From Octopus bimaculoides (taxonomy: Eukaryota), in the NCBI RefSeq assembly GCF_001194135.2, contig NC_068989.1:49999630-50063629 (forward strand): a stretch of 64,000 nt of DNA. The letters are read 5' to 3'. This document shows, in pieces, positions 1-14,745 of this stretch. Under the pieces are notes generated by a model, which was given only the letters and a program-made list of their open reading frames with translations, ran no database searches and had not been told where the DNA came from. Each line of letters begins with the position of its first letter. Within the stretch, counting starts at the first letter, position 1. The translations under genes were made by a program, and so were the position numbers.

Positions 1-682
1 TGCGCGAAGTACTCTACTGTATATTTTTAATATTATTTTTATAGTTTGTATATATTTATTTTATTATAAATGCAAAATAACACCACAGAGGAATCGACGT
101 AAGCTTAAATAATAAACCGTGATAGGTAAGCTGCGATATGGCGCGGGATTACTGTATGTGTATGTGTGTGTGTCTGTATGTGTGTGTTGTGTGTGTGTGT
201 TGTATGTGACTACATCAAATATTTATCCATACCAGTGGGAACCTATATTATCTGCCTTTATGTGATTAGATAAATACAGTAGATAAATATGTCAATAAAA
301 TAAATTCCTAACAGAAATAAACAGTGTAGACGATACGATAGACTAAAAACTGAAGTAGATGGTGCAATGACACGGCCGAAGCCCACCTACTGCAAGCAAT
401 GAAAAATAAAGAAGAAAAAGATAAAATAGATGACCAGTGGGAGCATCGTGCAAAGAAACATTACCAGGAAAACAAATTGCTTGACGACAGAGAGAATATG
501 AGGCGGTGAAGAGTGCAGGAGTGACATTAAGTTTAATGTAATTGAGCAGGAGTGGGATCCGACACCGTATAATATTATTGTTTAAATACACTCATGCACA
601 CATATACTAATACACACGCACACAGTATTACTGTTCAAATATAGTTCATAAGGAAGCTTTATACGCGTATAAATATATATAC

Positions 683-728
<46 letters not shown>

Positions 729-1348
729 TAGTTTTAGGGAAAATAGTCAAGTTTCAAGAACTCATTGAGTTTTTACCTGTAATTTTGGATTTTGTCCCTA
801 ATATTATTATTATTATATATATATATATATATACATACNNNNNNNNNNNNNNNNNNNNNNNNNNNNNNNNNNNNNNNNNNNNNNNNNNNNNNNNNNNNNN
901 NNNNNNNNNNNNNNNNNNNNNNNNNNNNNNNNNNNNNNNNNNNNNNNNNNNNNNNNNNNNNNNNNNNNNNNNNNNNNNNNNNNNNNNNNNNNNNNNNNNN
1001 NNNNNNNNNNNNNNNNNNNNNNNNNNNNNNNNNNNNNNNNNNNNNNNNNNNNNNNNNNNNNNNNNNNNNNNNNNNNNNNNNNNNNNNNNNNNNNNNNNCA
1101 CCTATTCCTATGGAAGGTATAATTTGTAATCTTCGAAACATATGTTGGAAATAAAAGTATGCAGTTAACATATGCGTTTTACTCCATTTACTAAATTTAT
1201 ATATACTCAAGTACTCAAAATAACAAGGAGTTTCTACCTCATAAACAGGAGTTACACCACAGTCATTTTGTAATCTTTGCTACCCTGGTATCTATTAACC
1301 AATTTATTTTGTCCGAGTTATTTATTAACTAGGAAAAAATAAATACAT

Positions 1349-1382
<34 letters not shown>

Positions 1383-2008
1383 ACTGTTTATATAAAACAA
1401 TATTAACTTGGAACTTCTGACGTAATACGGTGAAATAAACAACAGAAAATATGCTTTATATAAAATTAATTTGAAAATAATGTAAGTTTAAAGTAAAAAT
1501 TGTGAAAAGAAAGACAAAACAAATATCAGATATCAAATTATGTATTTGATAAAAATATTCCGTATATATTTTGTACATATATGTATTGCTCGTTATTTAT
1601 ATTAGTTTTTATTTCATTGGTGTATGTACATATTTATATATGTATGTATTTCAGCTTGATAATTGACTGCCTGCAAACCTGGTTTCGCATATATTCATAC
1701 GCAATCGCTCACTGATACATACTCACAAGTGCACGCATATGCGCGCATATGTATATGTAAAGATTCAGTTCTCTTTCTCTCTTTCTCTATTTTCATTTTG
1801 CTGCAAATTCACATTCAGTTGTAATTTATATTGTATGCATTTAAGTGGGAATGTATGTGAATTTGTATTATTGTAGTATAGACACACGCACACGAACACA
1901 CACACACACACACACACATACGCACACGCACACACACGCACAAACACGCACACATCTGCACGCACACTCACCCATATATAAAATAAGTGTATGTATCTAT
2001 GTATCTAC

Positions 2009-2058
<50 letters not shown>

Positions 2059-2065
2059 ATCTATC

Positions 2066-2110
<45 letters not shown>

Positions 2111-2356
2111 ATATATATATATATACACGCACACATACATACATGCATGCATACATACATATATACATACGTACATACATACATGCACGCGTGCATACAG
2201 ATATACGTACGTACATACATACATGCATGCATACATGCATACATACATACATACATACGTATAAATAAATAGCAGTTTCACGGCGTGCAATATTCAATTT
2301 CGTGACGAAGATGCCCCAAACCATTTAGTATTACCATGGTAATACTAAATATTTGC

Positions 2357-2590
2357 TTAATATATATATATATATCCTTTATCTTGTATTATTTATTGGT
2401 TTCAATCATTTTCCTGTGGCCATGCTGGGACACCGCCTTGAAGTGTTTTAGTTATAGAAATCGATTTATTTGTTCTTAACGCCCAGTACTTATTCCATCA
2501 ATCTCCTATGCCGAACTGTTAAGTTACAAGGACGTAAATACGCCAGTATCGGTTGTCAAGTGGTAGTGGTGGGAAAATACAGACACAAAG
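2357..2590 (-). mobile_element. SINE family A, 3' body fragment
   Basis: Reverse complement matches the 3' half of the SINE at 10157-10660 (ttcaaggcggtg...ccagcatggcc and acttgacaaccgatactggcg segments). Confidence 0.7.
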
Positions 2591-2602
2591 ACATATGCAC
2601 AT

Positions 2603-2633
<31 letters not shown>

Positions 2634-2639
2634 CGCGGA

Positions 2640-3028
2640 CCTATACTGGGAGGATGCGCTTAGCCAACTTCGAAATCCCCTCTTCTATCGCCTCCTCCCT
2701 CCGACCCCACCGCCTCCTACCAACAGCGCGTGTCCTCCACTATCCATGACCTCGTCTCCTTATCTGCCCTCTCCCACCGCCATTAACCTCCGCCATCTAT
2801 TCCCTTCCCAAAATACATAGACCCGACAACCCTGACCGCCCTATTGTTTCCGCATGCAACTGCCCCAGAGAAGTCATTTCAAAAGAACTCGACCGTAATC
2901 CCACAAACATGACATGAATCACGCCCTTCGCCTTTTCGAATTCCGTTACCTCCCTCCGGCCCATCCGCCTCTTCTTCACCTTGGACATCAAATCCCTATA
3001 CACGGTGATTCCCCACAACGACGTTTGA
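2640..3028 (+). mobile_element. Penelope-like element RT fragment (N-terminal RT motifs), frameshifted
   Basis: Translates in pieces to ALSQLRNPLFY, PKIHRPDNPDRPIVSACNCP and FFTLDIKSLYTVIPHND, typical of PLE RT (LPKIHK...RPIVS; LDVxSLYTxIP). Confidence 0.8.
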
Positions 3029-3092
3029 AGTATGTGTGTACGTGTGTATGTATATGTTGTGTGTGTGTGTGTGTGCGTGTGTGTGTGTGTGC

Positions 3093-3149
<57 letters not shown>

Positions 3150-3261
3150 TGTGTGTCTGTGTATTTGTGTGTACACGCACGACAGTGAAAAAGAATGATA
3201 TAGAGCTGCATACAAATATAATTATATATAATTCAGTATCTGTGTGTGTGTATGTTGATGT

Positions 3262-3392
3262 GTTTAGAAACCGATAGAATAAATACTAGGCTTACAAACA
3301 GTAAGTCCTGGGGTCGATTTCTTCGACTAACACCCATTAAGGCGACGCTCCAGCATGGCCGTATTCAAATGACCGAAAGAAGTAATACAATA
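3262..3392 (+). mobile_element. SINE family A, 3' tail fragment
   Basis: gtaagtcctggggtcgatttcttcgact...aaggcgacgctccagcatggccgtattcaaatgaccgaaa matches the tail at 10555-10645. Confidence 0.7.
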
Positions 3393-3939
3393 ATGAGCTT
3401 AGTGTTGTTTTATATATTTGTATATATATATATTTATCCAAAATCACGCAGGACGGAGTAGGAGAAAGAGTAGTATAAGTGAAGGAAGAGGAGAGAAAAT
3501 AGTAATTAAGCGAAGGAGAAGTAGTGAGTGTAATAGCCTTGACTGAGAGGGAGTTAGAGAAGGTAATAGCAATATCCTCTGTTTTTCTCCGTCACAACAT
3601 ATGAATGTGAAAAGAAGGGGTGAAAAAAATCAGCTTTCCAACTCTGCGTGAGTATATGCGTGTGTATATAAAAGTGAGTCTTGTGAATGTGTGTGTGTGC
3701 AAGGGAAGTAGGATGGTATAAAGTCAACGCTGAAAAGAAAAATCATACGGCGTTTCAACTCTATGTGAGTAGATGTGTGATATGTGTGCATGTACAAGGA
3801 ATGTATGTGAATGTTTGTATCTGTGATTATTATGTACCTCATTTTGTACCTTATTTATATATAAAATACTACAATTAGCCGTCATTTTTGACGGCACGGG
3901 GTCAGCTAGTAAAAGAATAAAGGCATATATATATGTATG

Positions 3940-3991
<52 letters not shown>

Positions 3992-4255
3992 AATCTAGGT
4001 TATAGTTGAAATATGTTTGTCACATATTTCAAAAGCTAAAGGTAAATACACTACAGTTACTGTGGGGAAAAATCTCTCTTATGGTAAATATGTGTGAAAA
4101 CACCCAATTTGTTCAGAGTCGCCATCTCTCGGGAATCGTTGTTTACCTCCATCGGGCGATCTCTACTAGCGCAAATGCGTCAACGTGTTGACTGAATTAT
4201 ATATAAAGCTTCAAGCTTTATTTAGTTCGTTCAGAGGTGCCTCTCTTAGGAACGT

Positions 4256-4298
4256 CTCATCGACAAGAGTCAATACACTCGAAACATCGATGTCTGAG
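4256..4298 (+). ncRNA. Degenerate minimal type I hammerhead ribozyme motif
   Basis: CTCA-tcgacaa-GAGT caatac ACTC-GAAAC-ATCGAT-GTC-TGAG: perfect stems I and II, palindromic stem III, GUC site. The core CUGANGA is mutated. Confidence 0.55.
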
Positions 4299-4441
4299 TT
4301 TCCCGAGAGATGGCGACACAGAACGAACTGGATGTTTTTACAGCTTTTACCAATAAGACATTTTTTTTTCTCCACGGTAACTGCGGTGTACTTGCCTTGA
4401 GCAGTTCAAATATGTGAGAAACATATTTCATTACTTCGTTT

Positions 4442-4499
<58 letters not shown>

Positions 4500-5140
4500 C
4501 ATATATATGCATGCATATGTATATATATGTATGTATATAATATATATGTCTATACATATACGTTTATACGTATATTTATATATATATTTATTGTATACAT
4601 GTATGTATACATGTATGTATACATATATATATATGTAATATCATATAGGATGTTACCGAGATGCAACTGGATAAATTCAAATCTCTTTCAGGGATAATTG
4701 TGNNNNNNNNNNNNNNNNNNNNNNNNNNNNNNNNNNNNNNNNNNNNNNNNNNNNNNNNNNNNNNNNNNNNNNNNNNNNNNNNNNNNNNNNNNNNNNNNNN
4801 NNNNNNNNNNNNNNNNNNNNNNNNNNNNNNNNNNNNNNNNNNNNNNNNNNNNNNNNNNNNNNNNNNNNNNNNNNNNNNNNNNNNNNNNNNNNNNNNNNNN
4901 NNNNNNNNNNNNNNNNNNNNNNNNNNNNNNNNNNNNNNNNNNNNNNNNNNNNNNNNNNNNNNNNNNNNNNNNNNNNNNNNNNNNNNNNNNNNNNNNNNNN
5001 NNNNNNNNNNNNNNNNNNNNNNNNNNNNNNNNNNNNNNNNNNNNNNNNNNNNNNNNNNNNNNNNNNNNNNNNNNNNNNNNNNNNNNNNNNNNNNNNNNNN
5101 NNNNNNNNNNNNNNNNNNNNNNNNNNNNNNNNNNNNNNNN

Positions 5141-5175
<35 letters not shown>

Positions 5176-5692
5176 TATATACAAGTGATTTCTTCCTGTG
5201 TGTATTTACGTCATATATCTTCTAAAGTCTGTCCGACTAGTGAGGAAGTTCTTTTTTTCGGTCATGAGTTTCCGGAATTGATCTCTATGTGTGGAATCTT
5301 AGATGAGTACCTTTTACCAAAGGTTCGTTTCGACTTGGGCCTTGTTATGGAAACGCTCTGGCTATCCCTCTCAGTGTCTATGCCTCCAACAAAATTAACT
5401 AGCATTTTTACACACTACGTCCCAGTGATTGTAGTCCGAAATTACCTGAAGTATATTTTTGTATATTGAATATTAAACTACTAGCTAAACGCTTATTCAA
5501 GAAATAGTTACTTGAGTTGAGTGAATAACTGAAATAGATGCAGACCCATTGGATTTAACAAATATATATGGAAGTAGGTATGTAGAAAAATATAAGTTTG
5601 TCACATTGGCATGTATCTGCAGGTCTTCTACTGAGACATATTTCATTCGTGTCATAACTGATTGGAAGTGGAACATATCAGAAGGGAAGTGT

Positions 5693-5748
<56 letters not shown>

Positions 5749-5866
5749 NNNNNNNNNNNNNNNNNNNNNNNNNNNNNNNNNNNNNNNNNNNNNNNNNNNN
5801 NNNNNNNNNNNNNNNNNNNNNNNNNNNNNNNNNNNNNNNNNNNNNNNNNNNNNNNNNNNNNNNNNN

Positions 5867-5897
<31 letters not shown>

Positions 5898-7959
5898 AGA
5901 GTTTGACAGAAGAGTTTGAAAATTCCCGAACGGAAAGGTAGCTGATAAACAGATGAATTGCTTTAGGGGGACTAGGTTTTATAAGAGACAAAATAACCTA
6001 TGAGAGCACATGTATGTTGTCGATGGATCTGAAAAAATAGCAGCGAATCTCCATCAAATCGTACTTTGTACTATGAAAAGGAGGATACATGTGTGTCAGG
6101 CATAATGTAGTCCTGCTTGTGTGTTATACATAATAAATAAATCGGATGGAAACAGTTGCAATACAATTGGCAACTAAATCTAACCAGACAGGTTTAAACA
6201 ATAGAGCAACAGCAATAAGCCGGCGGATTGGCCACTTAAAGCGTTAGAGCGTCGGATAGAATGCCTTAGGATATTTCCAGCTCTCTGGACGTGAAATTTA
6301 TCTTTCATCTTTTGAAGGTCGATAATAGCTTCGTGGAACTGTAAGAAGCCCGTAGTAAATACTTGCGTTATTTACTTCGTCATTTTTTTGCTCTGAGTTC
6401 AAATTTCATCAAATTCAACTTCATTGTTCGTTCTCTGAGGGTCGATATTAACGTACTAATCGTGTACAGTTGATGGATAGAACTGTAAGAAAGTCATACC
6501 GGATGCATTACGTTATTTGTTCCGATTCTTTGCATTCTGAGTTCAAATCCCGTCATAGTCTACTTAACACCGCTTGGCACATTGGGTTCAGAGTTCATTA
6601 TGCTGCAAGTATTTTGACAGATTTCTGGTTTGAGGATACTTTACTCTCTCCTTCCCTTCTAGCAACCTTGGACCCCTCTGACGGGTCATTGGCTTTGCCT
6701 TTCTCATTGGCTAAAATATACCAAACATTGAAATTAAATTTCTGTCGGCATGTCTAGCTATCGCGTGTCTGTGCGTCGTTGTTTGGTCATCAGGTAATTG
6801 GAATCCCTGCTCTTCAATGAAAAGAATCGAAGTCAATTATAATTATAAATCTCTTTTTTATTTTTTAAAAATTATCTTAGTCATTACATTGTAAATTTTT
6901 GAAATATCAATTTGCTACAATTTAGAATACAAAAACCAGGAACAAAGAACGCAGCACAAACCTTCAGACATGCTAACAATTCCGTCAGCCACTGCTCTAG
7001 CGAGTTTTTTTTACTCATCGGTCACGAGTGGATAAAAAGCAAAGTTTATTTTGACATAAGTTCAGTTCAGAACTCATGAAACAAAAGCTACAAAGCATTT
7101 TGTTCTACGCTCTAAAGACTACTTATTCTCTGTATGGGTGCATTAAGATCCGCCATTCCACAAGAAGCGAAACTCACTCTGATTAGTTATGTTTTGGTCA
7201 ACACATTACTCCCGAGGGGTTATATATTAGGGAGTTATGTGAGCGTTGATCATATCTCTCGCATCTATGTGAATAGATACCTTTCGACTGGTCTTTGAGA
7301 TGCCGGCCTTTCTGTTTATAACCTCACTACAGTTTCTATCTATCGGGACCCATTTACAGTAATCCAAAATTCACTCCGGCGTTCATTTCATGTATGCCAA
7401 TCGATTTGTCTTGGTTAATTCTTGCTTCTATTACCACTTCCCATCCCATCAATATTTTAGCGAACATTTCCGTTTCAAAGATATCCGAGAGTGTGAAAAT
7501 GACATATACAAACACGGTTTTGCTGTGTTCAGATTCGTGTAGATTGTTCTTGGAGACATTTGAGTTCTGCAGCATGGCTCAAGACCGAAAACGTATATAT
7601 GAAAGTTGAAAACTGACCACATTGATGGAACAAGCCTGTGGTTTTAAACAGCGGTTGCGGTTAGAGATCATATAATTTTGATGCCCGACTAGATGTCACC
7701 ATTCATAGACGGGAACGAATTTCTGAAACAAAACCGCAAAGGGCCCATTTAGTACGGTTGATAGATTTCAATGAATTTTCACGTTGAAAACTTAAACTTC
7801 TCTAAATCATCGGTTCTCTTTGTAGCACAGCGTGACTCCGTTTTACAAAATGGCATTTTACAGACGCCCCCTACTCATGGTTTTTCAAAACTAGCCCGCT
7901 CTATATTACATTTTTATGGAAATTAGTAAAGGCGATCATTTATATAATACTTTTCATTA

Positions 7960-8155
7960 TAGGCACGAGGCCTGAAATAATTTCGGGTGGGTGGAGAGGG
8001 AGGTGGGATAGTCGATTACATCGACTCCAGTGTTCGACTGATACTTATTTCATCAACTCCAAAAGGATCATACGGCCAAGTCGGCCTCGATGAAATTTGA
8101 ACTCAGAACGCAAAGACGGACAAAATGCTAATAAGCATTTTGTCAGGAATCAGAC
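7960..8155 (-). mobile_element. SINE family B (ttctgagttcaaatt...gaggtcgactttgcc central block)
   Basis: Reverse complement matches copies at 27310-27460, 49381-49585 and 55967-56156. Confidence 0.7.
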
Positions 8156-8939
8156 ATATTTAAGCTCACAAGTAATACAATGTCCTATTTATATTTTAAT
8201 CCTGAAAATGATTTGTTTTCCGAAAAGGAGTCTAAAATATTAGTACTGTATCCAGTTTTAAATTTTTAGAAAAATTACGACTCATCGACGTTCTCAGGAG
8301 ATATCAAGGGAGTGCCACTAGGCACGACGAAGACACCACCGCCCGGTTTCTAAACTGGTGCTCTAAATTCTTTACAGCATCACCAAAGCGATATTTAATT
8401 CCTAAGCACAAGTCTACACACCATCAAGTCTTATGTATGTACTCAGATACAGCAATAGTACTTTGAGGTATTGTCGACATACATTGTGTGGTATACTTTC
8501 AATAAAACTCGAAACCAAAGCAAAAAAAAACTGCACTATACCTAAGGCACAGAGAGCTATGCTCAGTAATGCGGTGAAATCACGCAATGAAAATAACACA
8601 GCAAAAAAAAAAAAAGAAAAAAAGAAGGAAAATTAATAATATTTTTTAATGATATTGATACTAATAATTAGTTGAAACCTTTGTAAAAGTATGGATTTTT
8701 CATTTCTTGGTCTGTTGCTTCTTGGAAATTTTTCTTGCACACATTTTTCTTTGTTGGATGTTATGGGACCATCGTATGCATATATGCATCAGATTTCAGC
8801 CAATCAGATATAAAGAGTTAGAGGGAAGAGAGGGAGAAGTAAGAGGTGTATGTATACCTGAGTGTTGTTGATGTGATTAAAAGAAATTGGTAAAGATGAG
8901 AATATTGGTAATGGGAAAGAACGAACGAGCGAGCGAGAG

Positions 8940-9560
<621 letters not shown>

Positions 9561-9918
9561 AGAGCGAGTGGAAGAGCAAAGAATAAGAAATGTCTTCTTA
9601 ACTGGAATTATCAATTTTGCGAATTTTCCTTTCTATATTCTGTCCTTCGTTCTGTTTCCTTCCTTCAGTTCATGCCTTCCTTCCTTGATACCTTCCTTGT
9701 TCTTTCGTTTTTTCCTACACTCATTATCATATAAAGACATGTAAACAAACATTAACAAACCTATATTGGTAAATATATGCATATGCATGTCCCTACTCCT
9801 AATAAATGCATATATTAATATATTACGCCCGGGCCTAAAATATGTAACCATGTATGTATATATACACGTCTATCAGTCTGTTTGCCTTGTCATTGTGTGT
9901 GTTTGGATGTGTGTCTGC

Positions 9919-9969
<51 letters not shown>

Positions 9970-10156
9970 TACATACATAATTCTACATATCTAAATACGC
10001 ACGTATATGCACACACGCCCACGCACGCGCACACACATATTTGTATTTGCGCATACATATACACACACACTATGCATACGTGTGTATGTATATGTTTACG
10101 ACTGAATGTGATCTTGATGTTATAATATTAAAGCTAATTTAAAAAAAAAAAAGAAT

Positions 10157-10318
10157 GGGCGTGGCTGTGTGGTAAGACGTTTGCTTTCCAGCTGCATGGT
10201 TCGGGATTCAATCTCACTGCGTGGCACCTTGGGCAAGTGTCGTCTACTATAGCCTCGGGCCGACCAAAGCCTTGTGAGTGGATATGGTAGACGGAAACTG
10301 AAAAAAGCCTGTTGTGTG

Positions 10319-10412
<94 letters not shown>

Positions 10413-10660
10413 CGTGTCTGTGTGTGTCTGTGTGTGTGTCTTGTGTCAGTATTTGTTCCCCCATCGCCGCTTGACAATCGGAGTTGGTGTGCTTACGTTC
10501 ACGTAACTCGGCGGTTCAGCGAAAAGATAGAACAAATGCCAGGCATTAAAATGACATAACTACTTGGGTTGATTTATTCGACAAAAAGCCTTTCAAGGCG
10601 GTGCTCCAGCATGACCGCAGTCAAAATGACTGAAACAAGTAAAAGAATAAAAAAAATAAG
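10157..10660 (+). mobile_element. tRNA-derived SINE family A, near full length with internal (TA)n/(TG)n
   Basis: A-box-like tggctgtgtgg, B-box-like ggttcgggattc, body gtggcaccttgggcaagtgtc...cgaccaaagccttgtgagtgg and A-rich tail. Homologous pieces recur across the window. Confidence 0.85.
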
Positions 10661-10799
10661 AGAATGACTAATGACGTTAACTTCTTAGTACTGCAGGGTA
10701 AGGCCGATATATTGTAAAATCCTCCATGATTGCTGTTTAATACTTCGCGTATCGGACCCTTCTGGACTCTTCGAATAATTCGTTAGGCAAAAGATGAAG

Positions 10800-11030
10800 T
10801 CCCAGTTAACATAAGTACTTGCATATATACTTTCGAATCTTCCAGCTTCTAATCTATACCAATAACAACTGATGGATTTGATATTGTGAGTAAATGGCTA
10901 AGTGACAACTTGGATAAGCTAGGTTCTTCAGAAAAAGAAGTTAACCAACTAACACACGCATTACAAATACAATTTGTAGGTGGAACAATAAAAAATATAC
11001 AACACTTTTCTCATGTTTAGAATGTGACAT
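10800..11030 (+). mobile_element. Diverged 3' end of RLE-type non-LTR retrotransposon
   Basis: Translates to ...DNLDKLGSSEKEVNQLTHALQIQFVGGTIK, similar to NLEKLGFSKPKRRKLIRRLLIQAVTGTVKIC at 47.8 kb. Confidence 0.5.
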
Positions 11031-11171
11031 TGTTTTAGTTATCTACATTCCAGTAATAGAGCTTTCAATCTTTTTTAGAAACCAGTTCATTCTGCTGAGG
11101 GAGAATTTTAATAATTAGAAACAGAATAAAATATAGAAAGATAAATAGATAGATAGATAGACAGATAGAGG

Positions 11172-11498
11172 AGAGGGCACTCTACGGTCATGAATGACCA
11201 TGCGATTGTACCGAGAGAGTTCTCTGGAATGCACAAGTCCGGGCAAGGTTGTTTATAGAAGCCCAGCAGTCGCCAATACATACCGGTCTCTTCTCTCCAC
11301 GCCACCGTGTCCAAGCGAAAAACAAAGGCCTATACAGCTTGGTACGAGTGACGTCGCAAATCATTTCTACAGCTGAATGGACTGGGACAATGTGAAATAA
11401 AGTGTCTTGCTCAAGAACACAACACGGAGTGCGGTCCGGGAATCGAAATCACTATCTCATGAAGATGAGCCCGACGCTCTAACCAATGAGCCATGTGC
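11172..11498 (-). mobile_element. tRNA-derived SINE family C
   Basis: Reverse complement aligns with 53759-54066 (gtgttcttgagcaagacactttatttcac...cagctgtagaaatg...gcgacgtcact). Confidence 0.85.
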
Positions 11499-11602
11499 AT
11501 ACATTCATACGCATTTGCATTTATATAAAGGGAGTAATCTTTTATCATGTACCTTTTACTTTCTTCGGTCATGTGTCTGCGGCGATGCTGCAGCACCGCT
11601 TT

Positions 11603-11670
<68 letters not shown>

Positions 11671-11760
11671 NNNNNNNNNNCACACACACACACACACACA
11701 CACACAAGACATATATATATACACACACATATATATATATACACACACACACATACACAC

Positions 11761-11814
<54 letters not shown>

Positions 11815-12694
11815 CTGCACACACACATATATATATCAGAAGAGAATCTCTATATCCAACTTAACGTAGTAATGTTATGATATCAAAAAATATTTTAAAG
11901 GCATCTGTAACGTAGTAACCGTAAAAGCTACCAAGCATGCGTTAAGTTATGCAAATCGATTAAACATGTTCTGTGGAGCATTGATTTACAATAGTGACTT
12001 TATTTTTCTATAGGGATTTAAAATGAGGACTAGGCTGCACAGAAGATCCTAACGTAAGAATTGAAACTTGTTCACTGTTTTTTTTCCTGTCGATGAATAT
12101 ATTGTATATGTATGCACGTATATGAGTGTATGTGTGTGTATATGTGCGTACGTGTGTATATGTATATGTGCAAGTGAGTGTGCTCTCCAAAAGCAAATTT
12201 AAGTTTTGTTTTTAGTGATTTATTAATCTGGATTTTTTTGTGTGTTTTTATGCGTCACTAAATTGCACCGCATCGGCAATGATCATTTGGGATCTACTTC
12301 TTACACACACGCAAAAACAAACAGACTGAGTGATATACTCCCACATGTATAAACACATAAACGCGCGCGTGCAAGCGGCGTATACTCTCACACGCACAAA
12401 ATTTTGAACCGAATCTAATGATATGGTAACAGGGAAATTATATTTTAATTTTCAGAGGGATAATTGTCAGGCTGAAAGCATTTGGAGAACCCATCGTATA
12501 GGGAGAAAGTGAGAGGAGAGAGTGTGTGAGGTAGATAGAAAGATACATAAGTAGATAAATTAATAAATAGACAGATAAAATTGTGGGGGCGGAAGAATGG
12601 TTTTATTGGATGAAAGAGAGGAGAGAAACTGTTGATTTAACCAGCTAAATTATTGTATACACGTAATATACCCATGAATGCTGGCACTTACTAT

Positions 12695-12767
<73 letters not shown>

Positions 12768-12798
12768 NNNNNNNNNNNNNNNNNNNNNNNNNNNNTAA

Positions 12799-12829
<31 letters not shown>

Positions 12830-12915
12830 GATAGAGAGAGAGAGAGAGACATGCACATCTATTCATATTTATATACATATACATATTATATACATATACA
12901 TGTGCATGAATCTAC

Positions 12916-12969
<54 letters not shown>

Positions 12970-12972
12970 GTG

Positions 12973-13006
<34 letters not shown>

Positions 13007-13602
13007 TACTCACACACATACATACATACAAACACTGTATTTGCATTTGTATATCCTATTGCCATCAATTTTCTTCCCCCACCCCCACCACAACCCAACC
13101 TCACTCATCTTCCAATCTCTAGCTAAAGAGTGCACCATATTTGGCAACACAACATCCTTCGAAGGAGGAGAATATTTAGTTTATGATTGATATAAGCTAT
13201 CAATTTGTTTTATGTAATGGAATAATTTTGATTGATTGTTTCTCCTTTCAATTTCACATCTATTTCCCCATCAAGTTTTACCACCTCTCTATTCATTCCT
13301 TATATTTCCTGATCTTTCAGAAGACATTCAACTTTCCAATTCTAATTTTTTGTTTGCCTTTTTACTCTCATAACATTTTACGATATTGCTTTGTTGAATT
13401 ACATGTATATGTATATATACACACAAACCCACCCACACACACATGTATATATGTATGTATGTATGAATGAATGTATGTATGTGCGTGTATGTGTGTGTGC
13501 TGTGTGTGTATGTCTACATATACATACATGCACACATATGCATTGTATATATATATATATATATATATTGGTTTTTTGTTGAGTTCTCTGTTTCACATGG
13601 TA

Positions 13603-13658
<56 letters not shown>

Positions 13659-13742
13659 GGTCTGTTGTCTATGTATTCGTCTATCAATCTACCCCCTGTC
13701 TCTCTCTAGCTCTCTCTTGTCTGAGATGATGCTATTTACTTG

Positions 13743-13786
<44 letters not shown>

Positions 13787-14332
13787 GTTTCGCTTATTTG
13801 GTGAATGCCAATTTTCAATTTATATAATGAATTCCGCTCTATGCGTATCTATGGGGCTAACACACTTATTCAAACAAGCAAACACATACACACATACAGA
13901 CATACTTACATACATATATGCACACACGCATATATATATAAATGTAGGTGTACATACTCCTGCCAGTACTTCACTTCGTATATAGAATTATACATACCTA
14001 CTGCCCCTATATATATCGACATATGCATACATATGAATATATATATATATGAATATANNNNNNNNNNNNNNNNNNNNNNNNNNNNNNNNNNNNNNNNNNN
14101 NNNNNNNNNNNNNNNNNNNNNNNNNNNNNNNNNNNNNNNNNNNNNNNNNNNNNNNNNNNNNNNNNNNNNNNNNNNNNNNNNNNNNNNNNNNNNNNNNNNN
14201 NNNNNNNNNNNNNNNNNNNNNATATCAGTGCGTGAGACGTCTAAGAGACCACAAGTCAGGCAAAAGATGCCCTCGTATATCTGTCAGTAGAGTGGATATA
14301 TCATCCGAATTGTATAGTACTAAATATGCATC

Positions 14333-14425
14333 ACGGCTGATCTTATCAATCAGTTTCACGTAAAGAATGCAATCGAATGTTAGGTAACAATCCAATTATA
14401 TAACTTTACACTCATCAGAGTTAGT
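14333..14425 (-). ncRNA. Type I hammerhead ribozyme in the PLE 3' terminal repeat (degenerate)
   Basis: Minus strand: CTGATGA-gtgtaaag..38 nt..ctttacgt-GAAAC-tgatt gataa gatcag-CC. Stems II and III pair; the GUC triplet reads GCC. Confidence 0.65.
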
Positions 14426-14647
14426 CGATATGAAAGGGAATATGGTGACTGCTCTCTATTGTCGGAGGTGGATTAGCACAACCGGTCAGCCGGTGCTGTG
14501 AAAAAAGGTGGTGAAGCAGAAAAGGGTCCAGTTGACTAGGTTAGTAGTTATGTACCTTGGCTGGGTATGCTGTGAAGCCGGCAAGAGTTATCTTGAAATG
14601 GGGAAAGTGTGTATTATTAATGTGGTGCTCCTGTAGGGTTGGAGTGT

Positions 14648-14745
14648 GTTATATGGCGTGTGTGATATGGCGTGTGTGATATGGGGTGTGTGGTATGGGG
14701 TATATGATATGGGGTGTGTTATATAGGGTGTGTGATATGAGGTGT
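14648..14745 (+). repeat. About 14-bp minisatellite (gatatggggtgtgt)n in the PLE 3' UTR
   Basis: Roughly 7 diverged tandem units visible. Confidence 0.75.

Noticed and set aside
5185-5469. GC-balanced ORF-like patch
   Set aside because: Stops in all minus frames and no recognisable domain on the plus strand.
7354-7609. Overlapping opposite-strand ORFs of about 70 aa
   Set aside because: No recognisable motif or convincing splice context; expected by chance.
8301-8335. Hammerhead candidate gtgcc-acta-ggcac
   Set aside because: Stem II-like hairpin only; both CUGANGA and GAAA are too degraded.
14648-14745. CRISPR-like array
   Set aside because: Tandem 14-bp units without unique spacers.
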